A stretch of DNA of 64,000 nucleotides, taken from Epithemia pelagica. Its lineage: Eukaryota; Protista; Bacillariophyta. Positions 1 through 11,640 of the stretch are shown here, piece after piece (positions within the stretch are counted from its first letter, which is position 1; every line of letters starts with the position of its first letter). A program made the translations under genes and the position numbers. Location: positions 4,774,001 through 4,838,000 of the forward strand of contig OX337229.1 in assembly GCA_946965045.2 (NCBI GenBank). Direction: 5' to 3'. The notes below the pieces were generated by a model. That model saw only the letters and a list, made by a program, of their open reading frames with translations, did no database searches and was not told the DNA's origin.

Positions 1-2137
1 AGAGTTCCGCTGTCTTTACGGCCTTGGTTCCTTCTGTTCCTGGCAGTTTGTGCGTTTCCAGGGTGACGGACTGTCCGAGGAACGCATGAGGCGGCCGCAT
101 GTTGATGGTGGCCATCATCATCTCGTCCTTTGTCGTCGTCCCAGTTTGCCAGAATTCACGGCCCATGCCAGGAATGGGATTCACCACGGTGGTCGGGGAC
201 GCCGAATCATCACGCATCGTGGTATCCTCCTTCGTTCCTTTCTTCACATTGTCCGCCCGCGAATCGTCGTACTCCTTCATGCTGATCAAGGAAAAGCTTC
301 GATCTGGACCACCAGCACCAGCACCAGAAAAGGTTGATGAGTGCGGTAAGAGGTGACTGGGCAGCAGGGTTGCCACTTGAAGTTGTTGTTGTTGTTGTTG
401 TCGTGGCGGTGGTGGAAGCAACGGCCCTTCGTGTAGCATGGGCCTGTTGGTTGTGGATGAGGACAAATACAAGTCTGCCGACGACGAGGACAATAACCCG
501 CTTCCCCAGGCTGATAAATTGGGAGGGAGGGATGCCAAGATTTCATCCAAGGGATCTGCTGGTCCATGGACAATGTGGCTGTCACCAAATGCAGATTCTC
601 GTTGGTGATGTTTTGGGTGGTGCGACTCGACATGGTTTGTCTGGGCCATTTTCATCACTTTGACCTTCTTGTTGACAGCTGAATCACTGGAGGGCTTGTT
701 CTGGGGGAAAAGAGGATCAACACCATGGTCGGTCGCCACTGTCTGTTGATGGTGGAGGATCTTGGCTGGAGTTGCGTTGAATCTGCTGTGCCCAATGGAT
801 TCCTTCGGTGGTGCCAGGCCAACCTCCTCCTCGTGAGTTGAGTCAATCTCCGACACCACACGAGGCTGTTTGAAACCAAACGGAACACGATATGGATGGA
901 AGTGATACTGATGCTTTGTAGCTTTGGATTTCTTCTTGTTGCCGGATGTTGCCTCCTGGGGTGATGCCACCGTTCCAGTGAATGCCGCCCGCCCGGCCGC
1001 CACACCTGCTGCAACTGCAATTCGTTTCTTATTCGGAGTTGCATTGTGCTTGCGTTTTTTCTTCTTCTTAATGGGCGATATTGGCACAGGCACCAGAAGC
1101 GGCGATTCCTTCTTGGGGATTTGGTTCCGGCATTGGCGACGTGGTTGAACACGTGTACCCCTTGTCTTTTGCAGCGACAGAAGCAACTCTGCAGCGAGAC
1201 CTGGTTGTTCTGGTTTGAGATCTTGAGGATTCATGGTGGACACGGCGTTGTCCACGGCAATCGCTTCGTGCTTGCCTTTTTCAACGTCGCATCTGTCGTT
1301 GTGTGGAGGAACACACGCACCATGCTTGTTGACTGTCATTGTGGGTACGTCGAGTCCCCTTTCTTCAGGTGTACTCTTCTTATTAGTCTCCTTAGATCCT
1401 TGCGTTTTGTATCCTTGTGGTTTCTTTTGACTCTTTTTGTATGATTCATATCCTAGAGGTCGAATGGCTTTGCGTTCGCGAAGTGCTTGACACGTCTTTT
1501 CAATGGCCCTTGCATTCGGGACGGTCCTGTAGAGCGTTGGAGATTCCGATCCAAGAGTCTTTGGTTCATCCTCCTGCGACTTGTCGTCCATCGTTTTTGT
1601 GCCATTGTTGCCGTCTTGATTGGATGGAAGATTCTCGGCAGGAACGACTTCCAGGACACGGCCGGGTGGATCGAGGGCAGAAATCTGATGCAAAATGGAT
1701 TTGGCAATGCTCATCTTGTGCTCATTTTTCGATCTAGCATAAATCTTTCGATGATCCCACACAATGCGACGAAAATTCATATTGCCTATGAAAAAGAGAA
1801 AGAAAAACAACAAGTGGTAAGGACGAGCGCTCAAGTTGCAGTTGTTTCAGTGTAACATTAGGGAGTGTTGATTCCAACGGTATGTGGACACAACCACAAG
1901 AATGAAAAAAGACTCATTGCATCAAGAAAGCGCATCAAGAGTGTATAGGTAAACCGAAACGTTAGCATATGATTCTCACGTACCATCCAACATTGTGACG
2001 CAATGTCCTCTTCCAAACAAAACATCGTGCTTATTCAATTTCTTCACATAGAGTGGTTGATACGAACCATCATGTTGGTGGTGACGACGAGGCTTCGATG
2101 TTGCTTTGCTGCTGGAACGCTTTCTGTGTTGGACCAT
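1..2137 (-). CDS. DUF6824-domain protein (diatom-expanded putative DNA-binding family), 2 exons, 3' end runs off the left edge of the window
   Basis: Manual translation. Exon 1 (ATG 2137 to 1984) gives ...LNKHDVLFGRGHCVTMLDG. A GT-AG intron spans 1983-1786. Exon 2 gives GNMNFRRIVWDHRKIYARSKNEHKMSIAKSILHQISALDPPGRVLE...AIEKTCQALRE, the DUF6824 signature (DVLxGRG...GN..FR...PPGRFL...EKT.QALRE). The frame stays open to position 1, so it is absent from the ORF track. Confidence 0.85.
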
Positions 2138-3374
2138 GGTTTGTCTTTTTCTTCTGAACAAACCAAACAAAGCTTGCTGATGGTGTCAGCTCCAGGAAAA
2201 CAATGAGAGTAGCCAGAGTCCAACTCTTTGGATACGGGTTTTTTGTATGTGTGTGCTGCTCAGCATTGTTCTGGCGGAGGAACCAACCGGGGTTCGATCT
2301 CTGCATTTCGCAAAATGTGGGAGGAGGCGCTTGGGTTGGAGTTCGGAATCATTTCAGTCCCACTTCGACATGAGACATCTCATTTGAGGAATAGAAAAAT
2401 AAGAGTGAGTCACTATCAGACATGTCACATTGAAGTCGTCAGTCGGGACCAAGACCCCCCTCATTTTTTGTCTGTTCTCTATTTACGACCATCTCAGCTT
2501 CTATCCGCCACCAAAAGTATCTCTTTGCCTTCTCATCCTCTTTGCGGCCAACATCTGTCTATGCTCCACCACCTCACCTATAAGAAGGCAATGATTCTGC
2601 TGGTAGGAGTACTCGTGTGTTCTTCGTGTCCCGCTTTCGTCGTCTTCTCGCTTCTCACATGTAATCCAATGCTGAATGCTCAACCTTTTGCCGCCAACCA
2701 ACCAACCAACCATTTCGCCTCCATGCTGTACTATATACGGCGTTTTTCTATACTGCAGAAGCACATTTGTTTGTAGTACTCGAAGAACTACTCATACGAA
2801 TAAGATGCTGGTTTCCATTATTGAACTGTTTTCGGATTGCAGCGATCCTCGGGACTGGCAACCTTCAAAGGAATCATCGGGATGCCCCACAAGACAGGCT
2901 GGTTCACTCTATTCACTGTCAGTCAAGTGCCTGCTCTTCCTCCTGTCTGTTCGCTTTTCGCTTATCATAAAGATCATTGGCTCGTGTCTAAATGACACAC
3001 ACATGGACGAATATGAACGGACACGAAGCTTGTTTGCTTTGCTCCCGTCTGGAAGCATTTTTAGGTTTGCAAATCAAACCTTCCTCAATTGACTCACGTA
3101 TCACCACTGTCTGGTTTGCATCATGTCGGACAATTCTTCTTCTTCACTTGCATTCGCCATGCGCCCTCAACTCTGATCGAGCAACCTTGGCACTTTCCGA
3201 GAGGGGAAAGGGAAAGCAAGCCCGATGAGCTCCTCGAAAAATTGTAGGAGTATTACCTAGGCAAGGTAGCTACCCTTGCTATGTCGTTCATCATGGTGAT
3301 TGATCAGGCTTGTGTTCTTGTGGATCGTCCGGATGAGAGTCTCATGCACTGGACCATGTGCGGTATTCCGTTTG

Positions 3375-3375
<1 letters not shown>

Positions 3376-3408
<33 letters not shown>
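3376..3408. repeat. (GTT)n microsatellite, about 11 units
   Basis: Pure GTT run just downstream of the menA stop codon. Confidence 0.9.
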
Positions 3409-3409
<1 letters not shown>

Positions 3410-3420
3410 CGTGATTCTAC

Positions 3421-4431
3421 CTAGGACAGGTACAACATGCCAATGTGGACGAGTATACAAAAGACAAATTGAACGCCCGCCGCGGCACCCACATGAGGAT
3501 TCCATTGGGGACCATCGGGACATTTCCACACAGCCTTGGTTTCGAACAAGGCCAACGGCAAACTCACCGCCAGTAACAAGACCACCGTCGACCAGCAGCA
3601 TGGTTGTCCATTCATGGCTTGAGTCCCTTCATAAACAATCACCACGACAAAGCTCCCCAAGACATTGGCCGTGTATTCCCACAAGCCAAATAGTCGTCCA
3701 AATCGGACCGCTGTGGTTCGTTTGTGTACCAAGACATCGGACTGTCGATCGCGCAAATTGTTGACGACCAAAATGTTGGTAGCCAATAAACCGACAGCCG
3801 TACTGTAGAGCCATTGACGAGGCCAGTCAAGGACCACGTCGGAGGCCGAGGATTTGGACAGTAAGTAGGGCAGCATGAGGACGGCCACGTATCCAAAATA
3901 CAAGAGAACAAAGATTTCTCCCAAACCGGCATAGGCAATACTCCAATGGGGCGGCCATCCGAAAAGACCCAATGGATAGGGACCTCCTGTATAGGCAAAG
4001 GCATTGAAGACACTCGTCCCAACCAGAAACCATGCGAACCAATTGTTCCATTGATCTGCCGCAGCAACCAGGTACACACCCAGGAGAAAGGTAATGGTCA
4101 AGACTCCTGTTGCAGCCCGACATGTGGTGGTGGGAGATAACCATCCCTGTGCCGTGGCTCGTTTGTGCCCGACACGATGTTCGGGATGATCGGCACCCTG
4201 CACGTAATCGCTGTAATCATTGTGTAAATTGGTACCAATTTGAACCGTCATGCAAAAGAGCAACCAAGCCAGTTTCCACGTCGTCGGAGCATTTGGTGTC
4301 AAGGCAAAGGCCACCAAACAGGGACTCACACTGGCCGTCAAGGTATGGGGACGGGCAGCCGTCCACCATATGGAAAGAGTGGAGGGACGAGGAGTCGAGG
4401 AACGACCCGGCGGCGATTGGACCGAAGACAT
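3421..4431 (-). CDS. menA: 1,4-dihydroxy-2-naphthoate prenyltransferase (MenA, UbiA superfamily)
   Basis: 336-aa multi-TM ORF with the MenA motifs ARPHTL, GTNLHNDYSD, YTGGPYPLG..YAGLGEIFVLLYFG and LVVNNLRD...D....KRT.AVRFG. Confidence 0.9.
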   Translation of the reverse strand: MSSVQSPPGRSSTPRPSTLSIWWTAARPHTLTASVSPCLVAFALTPNAPTTWKLAWLLFCMTVQIGTNLHNDYSDYVQGADHPEHRVGHKRATAQGWLSPTTTCRAATGVLTITFLLGVYLVAAADQWNNWFAWFLVGTSVFNAFAYTGGPYPLGLFGWPPHWSIAYAGLGEIFVLLYFGYVAVLMLPYLLSKSSASDVVLDWPRQWLYSTAVGLLATNILVVNNLRDRQSDVLVHKRTTAVRFGRLFGLWEYTANVLGSFVVVIVYEGTQAMNGQPCCWSTVVLLLAVSLPLALFETKAVWKCPDGPQWNPHVGAAAGVQFVFCILVHIGMLYLS

Positions 4432-4873
4432 CTTGTTTCAAATTCTTGTTTCTTCTGTCCTCTGTCCTTGTGGAATCTTGTCTGGTCGAGTTTTGGAAGA
4501 TTGTTTCGTCTTGCGACGAAAAATCCAGGGTCAACAGAGACAACACGACAAAAAAAGGCAAATGAACAATGAACTTTGCGGGGAAGATAATATGGTGATG
4601 GTTCACATGGTCGTCCTGCGTACGTCACATCTTTTGAGTGACTCTTCAGCGATCTGACATAACCAAAGACAATGTCGACCCTAATGCGACCAGTGGACAG
4701 CCTTTTCATTTCGCCCCAAATCACCAGTGTCATTTTTCTGTTGTTGCCTCCAAGAGTCGAAAAGCGTCGAACGCAACGACAAACAAAGCAAGAGAGAGGC
4801 TCTGAAGTTCTTCTAGGTAGCAGCTTCTGGATCTTGTCGTCGATTGTGGTTTGCGTCGATCATCAGCCAAGGA

Positions 4874-7306
4874 ATGAGTCATTTATCGTCGAAATATTCT
4901 TCCATGAGTGGCATGAACAGTGGAACGTCATCCTCCATCTCACCCTCTTCGACCTATTGGAACAATGCCTCTTGGAGTGGTGGCAGCAACAGCGCTTCAG
5001 GTGCAATGGGAAATTCGTTCTTTCCTCATTCGAACAACAATAAGCATTGGACACGAGGCAATCATCATCAGAACAGCAACAACAACAACAATCCTAATTC
5101 CAGTAGTAGTTGGACGTTGAAATGTACAGATTTGCCTCAATTTGATGCGTTGCAAGCCCAAGCAGATTTGTTTCGTTCCGATGATAAATTGCATTTGCGC
5201 AATTTGTGCAACAATGCAGCTCGGTGTGCTGGATTGACTGCGACACATGCCACCACCACCACAACGACACAATCACAACAAGGTTCAAGGGATGAGGGTA
5301 TTACCACAATTGAACCACCTTCTGCCCCACGGCCATCTGACGTCGAGACAAAAAAAGAAGAAGACAATGACAATGACAGCGAGAGTCCACCTGCTACAAC
5401 ACCAACGATGGTTACTCCTTCTCCAATGGTCGTTCAACATCGTCGGATTATATTGGACTACAGTCGTCAACGAGTTCAGGGGGAGACGATGGAATTGTTG
5501 TACGATTTGGCCGATGCAGTGGGTTTGACGGATCGACGACATGGGTTGCAGCAGGGACATGACATTAATGTGACGCATACCAGCACTTCAGGGAGTAGTG
5601 GGGGTGCTGTCTTGCATTTTTTGTTACGACAACCTACTAGCAGATCCAGAAACGAGCTGGACGAGGAGGACACGAGCACGACAACAGCGGTGTCACGATC
5701 GTATTTGCCACACATTTGGGCGGAACGACAACGCATTCATGACTTTACTGAACGCGTCCGACGCGGTCTCTACCGATCCAGTGAAAGTCATGACACCAGT
5801 ACCAGCATGGCATCGATCGACACGGCCTTTGTCAATACCTTGGTGGTGTGTTCCACCCGAGGGGGGTATCAATCGGGTCCCGAATGCGTGTCGGCCGTCT
5901 TGGATCAAACCACGACGGGTCATTACTATGCTTACCAGGATGACGACGACAAGCGTCGCATTGGTCAACGAAGGTTACAGTTTGCTTCCACTGCGACACA
6001 GGTTCGACAGGCGGTTCAAGATTGGAAGGCCTCACAAACCTTGATTGTCTTGTTGCTGCTCGAAGACACGGCCTGGGAAGAATTGCAACGACCCATTCGC
6101 ACTGTACAAGCCTGGTTGCACCAAGAATTATTGCGCAACAACAACAACAACAACAACACTACGACGAATTCTGCCACTCCTGCAGAACGAGATTTGTATC
6201 GTCGTCATTTGGTCGCTGTCACGTGCCCCGACAAGTTTGCCAAGTGTCAAGCGGAATGGAATATTTCGCCAGACCACTTGTTTGCTGTATGGGATTGGGT
6301 CAATCCTCGTTATTCCCTCTTTTCGGCAGCTGGATTGTTGCCCTTGGCCTTGCAATATTCCATGGACGTGGCCAATCAGGTTCTGGAGGGTGCTCATGAC
6401 GTGGACGAACACTTTTTTCATGCCCCGTTACGGGAAAATATACCGGTCATTTTGGGCTTGTTGGGAGTTTGGAATTCCACCTTTTTGGGCTATCATGGTC
6501 GTGTCATTTTGCCCTATGGGGCACCCTCCTTGGCACTCTTTCCGGCACACGTTCAACAAGTGGATATGGAAAGCAATGGCAAGCAAGTAGCCTTGGATGG
6601 AACTCCCCTCTTGCACCGATCGGGTGAAATCAATGTCACCACGGCACCCTATGTTCAACAGCAATCCTTGTTGCAATTGTTGCATCAAGGAAGAGCCATT
6701 CCAGCCGATTTTATTGGTTTTGTCCAATGTCCCAACAATAACACCAATCATCAAGCGCTATCATCCTCCTCATCGTCGCCGTCGACTTGGACCGAGTCTC
6801 CGGAATCGGCCTTGTCGAATCACGATGCCATCATGTCTCAATTCTTTGCCGAACCAGATGCCTTGGCCTATGGCAAAACCTTGGTGGATTTGGTCCAAGA
6901 AGGCATTCCCGAACGCCTACGTCCCCACATGGTAGTTTCCGGCAATCGTCCCAGTTCGAGTTTGTTGTTGACGCAACTAGATGCCTTTAGTATGGGTCAA
7001 TTGATTGCCTTGTACGAACATCGCACGGCCGTTCAAGGCTTTGTCTGGGGCCTCAACAGTTTTGATCAATTTGGCATTGAATTGGGCCGTGTCTTGGCCA
7101 GCACCGTCCAAGCTCAATTGGTATCCTCTCGCAAAACCGGAGCCTCGGTACAAGGCTTTAATTCTTCCACCAGTGCCTTGTTGGAACAATACCTCTCTCT
7201 TTCTTCCTCGGCGGCAGCAGCAGCGGCGGCAGCAGCAGCAGCAGCCTCGAATCAAGCACCCTACAATGGGAATACCGGCAGCACCAGCGGTCCGCAATCT
7301 AGTTGA
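4874..7306 (+). CDS. GPI: Glucose-6-phosphate isomerase-like protein, probably catalytically degenerate
   Basis: Clear PGI motifs in the C-terminal half (ENIPVILGLLGVW, QQVDMESNGK, LLHQG, GNRPSSSLLL, LIALYEHRTAVQGFVWGLNSFDQFGIELG). Several active-site residues are substituted and there are low-complexity inserts. The first ATG is at 4874. Confidence 0.85.
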   Translation: MSHLSSKYSSMSGMNSGTSSSISPSSTYWNNASWSGGSNSASGAMGNSFFPHSNNNKHWTRGNHHQNSNNNNNPNSSSSWTLKCTDLPQFDALQAQADLFRSDDKLHLRNLCNNAARCAGLTATHATTTTTTQSQQGSRDEGITTIEPPSAPRPSDVETKKEEDNDNDSESPPATTPTMVTPSPMVVQHRRIILDYSRQRVQGETMELLYDLADAVGLTDRRHGLQQGHDINVTHTSTSGSSGGAVLHFLLRQPTSRSRNELDEEDTSTTTAVSRSYLPHIWAERQRIHDFTERVRRGLYRSSESHDTSTSMASIDTAFVNTLVVCSTRGGYQSGPECVSAVLDQTTTGHYYAYQDDDDKRRIGQRRLQFASTATQVRQAVQDWKASQTLIVLLLLEDTAWEELQRPIRTVQAWLHQELLRNNNNNNNTTTNSATPAERDLYRRHLVAVTCPDKFAKCQAEWNISPDHLFAVWDWVNPRYSLFSAAGLLPLALQYSMDVANQVLEGAHDVDEHFFHAPLRENIPVILGLLGVWNSTFLGYHGRVILPYGAPSLALFPAHVQQVDMESNGKQVALDGTPLLHRSGEINVTTAPYVQQQSLLQLLHQGRAIPADFIGFVQCPNNNTNHQALSSSSSSPSTWTESPESALSNHDAIMSQFFAEPDALAYGKTLVDLVQEGIPERLRPHMVVSGNRPSSSLLLTQLDAFSMGQLIALYEHRTAVQGFVWGLNSFDQFGIELGRVLASTVQAQLVSSRKTGASVQGFNSSTSALLEQYLSLSSSAAAAAAAAAAAASNQAPYNGNTGSTSGPQSS

Positions 7307-7689
7307 TGCATGATTGATGATACAAGACAACCTGTACTTTGCCATGGATTCATCTAGACTAAAGTTACACGACAAACGGCGAACCCAGACAGAAAGCCAT
7401 ACTAGGTAGGAGTAGGTAGAGACATGGTGCAAGTATTCCTCACTCTTTGCTCCGACTATGGGCTCCGCACTAGACGGAGACACACATAGACTGCATAGAA
7501 GCTTCTGGCAACAACGTGAAACGTGACCCAATTTAGCCTTTCTAAGCGCGACCAGATTCGCAGCCGTCCATTCTCCGCAAACTGTCTTTCCCATTCTTTC
7601 CAGTTGTTCGACAAACGACCAAAGATCCATTGCGGCCACCACCGAAACACAACCGCAAGCAATCAACAAGCGTATATATCATCATCATC

Positions 7690-9711
7690 ATGACAGGAGT
7701 TTCTGCCGTCGTTGCCATGCCAAGATCGTTTCGGTCATGGAAGCTGGATCCCAAAGTTGTCGTTTCACGACAGTGGTCGAGACGACCCTTTTGCACACGA
7801 ACGACGCTGACGACGACTACCACAAACGCAAGAAAGACTCCTCACAGTTTGGTCGGATGTGGGTTTCTAGGTACCACTGGAACATCCCATCTACAGGCAA
7901 GCTGTTGTTCTTTTTCTTCTTCTAGTTTTCGATGGAATAGCAGTGGTGGATCTTCTTCGGCGAAAGAAACCAAGAAGGAGAAAAAGGATGACATTCTCGA
8001 ATATCAATATCCCTTGGCCGAAGAACATCCCACCATTTTCAAATCTCTGGCCTCCACCATGACAGAAGAGGACCATGCACAATCCACCACCCTTCCGAAA
8101 GAACCAGAGGAACAAGGAGAAGAAATGCCTCCAGCTGAAAAAACAGAAGAAGAAGTCAAAGTTCTGGATCGATTGGACCGTTCCAAGCTGTCGTCGTGGG
8201 AAATTGAACAAATTCGATCCCAACAACGTGCCATGTTGCCCAAAACACTGTCCGCTTCTGTCACTTCCATGCATCAGGTTCCAAGTACCTTGTTGACTCG
8301 AGTGGTAACACCTCCTCCCAAATCACCGGAAACGCACATTTCGGAATTGGACAATGGCATTCGAATCATTTCCGAAGATGCGGAATTTACCGGACCGGCA
8401 TCGACCGTGGGCATTGTGTCCAAGGTGGGCAGTCGACGAGAAATTCATCCCACACAACGGGGTGTCACCAATGTACTGGAACTCTTGTCGTTTGGGACAC
8501 CGACTCGATCCTGCCCAGATCCAGCCGCCTATTTGGCGTTGGAAATGGGTGGTGCGGCACATTTGTGTGCCATGGGTCGCGAACAATCCATTCATTTTAT
8601 AGACTTGTTACGACCTCATGCCAATCAAGCCTTTGCCTTGTTGCAAGAAATTATGTTGGATCCCCAATGGAACGAAGAACATGTGGCGGGGGCGAAACAA
8701 GCCTTGGGATTTCAAGCAGAAGATGCACCCTTGGAAATTATACTGGGAGAAGCCTTGCAACAAGCGGCCTATGGATCGGATCAATCCTTGGGTCAACCAC
8801 ACTTGTTTTTGGAGGACAATCCGGAATTGACCGCCCAAGTCTTGCATGACTTTTGGCATGCGCATTTTATTCAAAATCCAAAAGACATTGTCATTTCCGG
8901 CGTGGGGATTGATCATGATCAATTACGACGATTGGCTCAAGATTATTTTGGTCACTTGACACAAGTGCCCAGCACGACGGACGACGCCAAAAACGCTCTG
9001 AATCACACCCAGGATTCCGCCATCCAACCACCCTTTCGTCCATCGGTGTACCGTGGTGGTCAAGTGTGTGCGGAACGAGAGGCGGACAATGGCTTTGTTC
9101 GCATGGGTTTGGGTTTGCCCGTGGATGGATGGCATTCGGACGATGTGGCAGCCATTGTGGTCTTGCAAACCTTGTTGGGGGGTGGATCGTCCTTTTCGGC
9201 CGGTGGTCCAGGAAAGGGCATGTACAGTCGCGTGTACCGACAAGTCTTGAATGCCTACGAGTGGGCCGAATCCGCCGAATGCTTTGCCACGTTCTACGAA
9301 GAAGGCGGTGTGTTTGGCTTGACCGGTTCCTGTCTGCCCCAGCACAATCGAACCATGATGGCCTTGTTGTGTGAACAAGTGCTACAGATAGCCAAGGAAG
9401 AAGTGGACCCCGTTGAGTTGGAACGGGCTCGGAACATGTTGCGAGGATTGGTGTTGACCCAATTGGAATCGCGATTGGTGTTGTGTGAAGATTTGGGACG
9501 TCAATTGAGTACCTACAATCGTCGAGAAGAAATTCCCGAAACCTTGGACAAAATTCATGCCGTGACAGCCCAGGATTTGCAACGAATTGCTCAACAAGCG
9601 GTCGAAGCGATTCGGGCCGAGGACACGCTGGCCACGACAGCGGCCGTGGGACCGGATCTCGAAACTGTTCCGTCGGGCCAAGAAATTACCAGTTGGTTTC
9701 GAAACGCATGA
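7690..9711 (+). CDS. MPPA: Mitochondrial processing peptidase alpha subunit (M16 family)
   Basis: Gly-rich loop LQTLLGGGSSFSAGGPGKGMYSRVY diagnostic of alpha-MPP. The N-terminus is R/S/T-rich and presequence-like. The C-terminus has LESRLVLCEDLGRQ. Confidence 0.92.
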   Translation: MTGVSAVVAMPRSFRSWKLDPKVVVSRQWSRRPFCTRTTLTTTTTNARKTPHSLVGCGFLGTTGTSHLQASCCSFSSSSFRWNSSGGSSSAKETKKEKKDDILEYQYPLAEEHPTIFKSLASTMTEEDHAQSTTLPKEPEEQGEEMPPAEKTEEEVKVLDRLDRSKLSSWEIEQIRSQQRAMLPKTLSASVTSMHQVPSTLLTRVVTPPPKSPETHISELDNGIRIISEDAEFTGPASTVGIVSKVGSRREIHPTQRGVTNVLELLSFGTPTRSCPDPAAYLALEMGGAAHLCAMGREQSIHFIDLLRPHANQAFALLQEIMLDPQWNEEHVAGAKQALGFQAEDAPLEIILGEALQQAAYGSDQSLGQPHLFLEDNPELTAQVLHDFWHAHFIQNPKDIVISGVGIDHDQLRRLAQDYFGHLTQVPSTTDDAKNALNHTQDSAIQPPFRPSVYRGGQVCAEREADNGFVRMGLGLPVDGWHSDDVAAIVVLQTLLGGGSSFSAGGPGKGMYSRVYRQVLNAYEWAESAECFATFYEEGGVFGLTGSCLPQHNRTMMALLCEQVLQIAKEEVDPVELERARNMLRGLVLTQLESRLVLCEDLGRQLSTYNRREEIPETLDKIHAVTAQDLQRIAQQAVEAIRAEDTLATTAAVGPDLETVPSGQEITSWFRNA

Positions 9712-9898
9712 GAGGGGGTGTAATTGGGTGCAGACTGTAAAATTGGGACGCAATAATATGTGATCCATTCTGTTTGTGGTTAAACGCCTATCTGCCGCTA
9801 CCTAGTAAAACGATTGTCTATTCAAATGGGCTGGCAATATATTGCTTAACCTCCCACAGGTATGGATTTCCTCTCTACTGTCTACCTAGGTAGTGTTG

Positions 9899-11640
9899 CT
9901 ACAAATCCGACGTCGTTGACGACATGGAGAAGGATGGCGCTCGCATAAAGGATGCGACTTGTGGATCCAATTCCGCCACAATGCTTTGCAATCGTGTCAT
10001 GATTTGAGTAAATTCCGGTCGCTGCGATACTTTGACATGCCACGCTTGTCGCAACAGCCGACACAGGTCTTGGGGCCATTGAGTGTCGAGGAGAGCGGGA
10101 CGATGATGTTGGACAAAGACCCGATCCAAAAACATATTGGTGGTATACAACCCAAAGGGAGGTTCCAATGCCAAAATGTACCACACCAGCATGGCCCAAC
10201 TGTAAACGTCAGCCTTGTGATTGTAGGGTTGGTATAAGCCCACCTCGGGTGCCATGTACCGTAGAGCACCGGTAAATCCCGTCAATAAGTAGGTATCGTC
10301 GTTCCTGTGGTCATTCTTTTTGCTGGTGTTATTGGAAGCTGTAGGAGTAGGAGTAGGATTAACATCTTCGTTTATCTCCTCACGGTCGTTGTCGTTGCCA
10401 TCCGAGGTGGTGTCGGCATTGCTGCTACTTGCCCTCGACAAAGACGACGACGACGACGGCCGATACTTGTCTTGTGGTCGTAATTCTCGAGCCAATCCAA
10501 AATCAAACAATTTGAGTTCTCCCGATGGTTTGGCAAAGCCGATATTGTCGGGTTTCAAATCTCGATAGACAATCCGTCGACTGTGCAAATACTGCAGGGC
10601 ATGGGCGACATCGTAGGCCACCAACAAGCGTTCCGTCCACAGGGCTGTGGCTTGATCTTGGGGTCGTCGACGTCGACCCAATCCAGTGACAAATCCCGTC
10701 AATCCTCGAGTGGCTCGATCCTGATGCATCCACGCTGTAAGACGGCGAGGTAAGGTTTCGTCCAAGTGTTCGACCACGACAAAGTAGGACGGCAGAAAGG
10801 TTGAGTCGTCATGAGGCATGCCATGCAACCGAATAATATGCGCATGATTCAAAGAGGCCAAGAATTTGGCTTCCAATACCAAATCCATCAACCCTCTCAA
10901 GTATGTGACACGATCGGTTTGAAACAAACTGGATTCAACTTCCTTCAAAACATACTTGGTCCCCTTGCGTGACCACACTCGTCGAGCCAACCATTCACGA
11001 GAGGCAGGGCCATTGTTGTTGTTGTTGTTACCGGAGGAACCAGTTTGGTTGTTGAGGTTGTTCGAAGAATTGTTCTGGTTGCCGGCACTACCATTTCTCC
11101 TACTGGACCGACTGGTAGAACTACTGCTGGATTGACGAAAGAACAACCGACGTTGTTTCTGGTGATTCATGTTGTTTGAATGGATTGAACCATTCTCACT
11201 GGATTCCTCATGGGTGGTTTCGATGTTGATGTCGTTTGTCTGGATGGAGGATGGTGATGCTTGCAAGTGAATGGATTGGATTTCTCGCACGACACCGTAG
11301 GTCCCCCGTCCAACGACACGACCCGTTCGAATTTCTAACCGATGCAACTTGGGAATACGACTGACGGGTGAAGAAGAAGATGACCCTGTCTCAAGGATGA
11401 TAACGATGATGATGACAGGAAATGGGATTGTTCCGTTTCCTCCGTCACCACTTGTTGGACCATTTGCAAAATGGTTTCCATGGAAGCATCTTGATAGGCT
11501 TGCGCGTCAATCTCCCAGGGACGCCGCCGACTACCAACAACCGATGTAGGATTCGTTGGATGATTGGGATCAGGTGACAAAGACGACGACGATATCAACG
11601 AGGATGACACCAAGGGCAAGGGTGGTGGAAGTGGCCCCAT
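9899..11640 (-). CDS. Ser/Thr protein kinase (diatom-expanded TKL-like type), with an apparent 1-bp frameshift near 11385
   Basis: Motifs GRGTYGVV, YVLKEV, YRDLKPDNIGF, LFDFGLAREL, TGALRYMAPEV and KADVYS are present. The kinase frame has no upstream ATG. The upstream frame (ATG 11640) supplies a plausible N-terminus if one G is added to the GGG run at 11384-11386. Confidence 0.85.

Noticed and set aside
2270-2320. GGTTCGATC T-loop-like motif as a tRNA gene
   Set aside because: I could not fold a cloverleaf or find a matching acceptor stem or D-arm.
2228-3400. Short ORFs between the DUF6824 gene and menA
   Set aside because: There are no recognisable motifs, the frames overlap inconsistently and there is no convincing splice structure, so the region was treated as intergenic.
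7690-9711. MPP subunit lacking the HxxEH zinc motif as a novel pseudoenzyme
   Set aside because: Alpha-MPP is normally non-catalytic, so this is expected.
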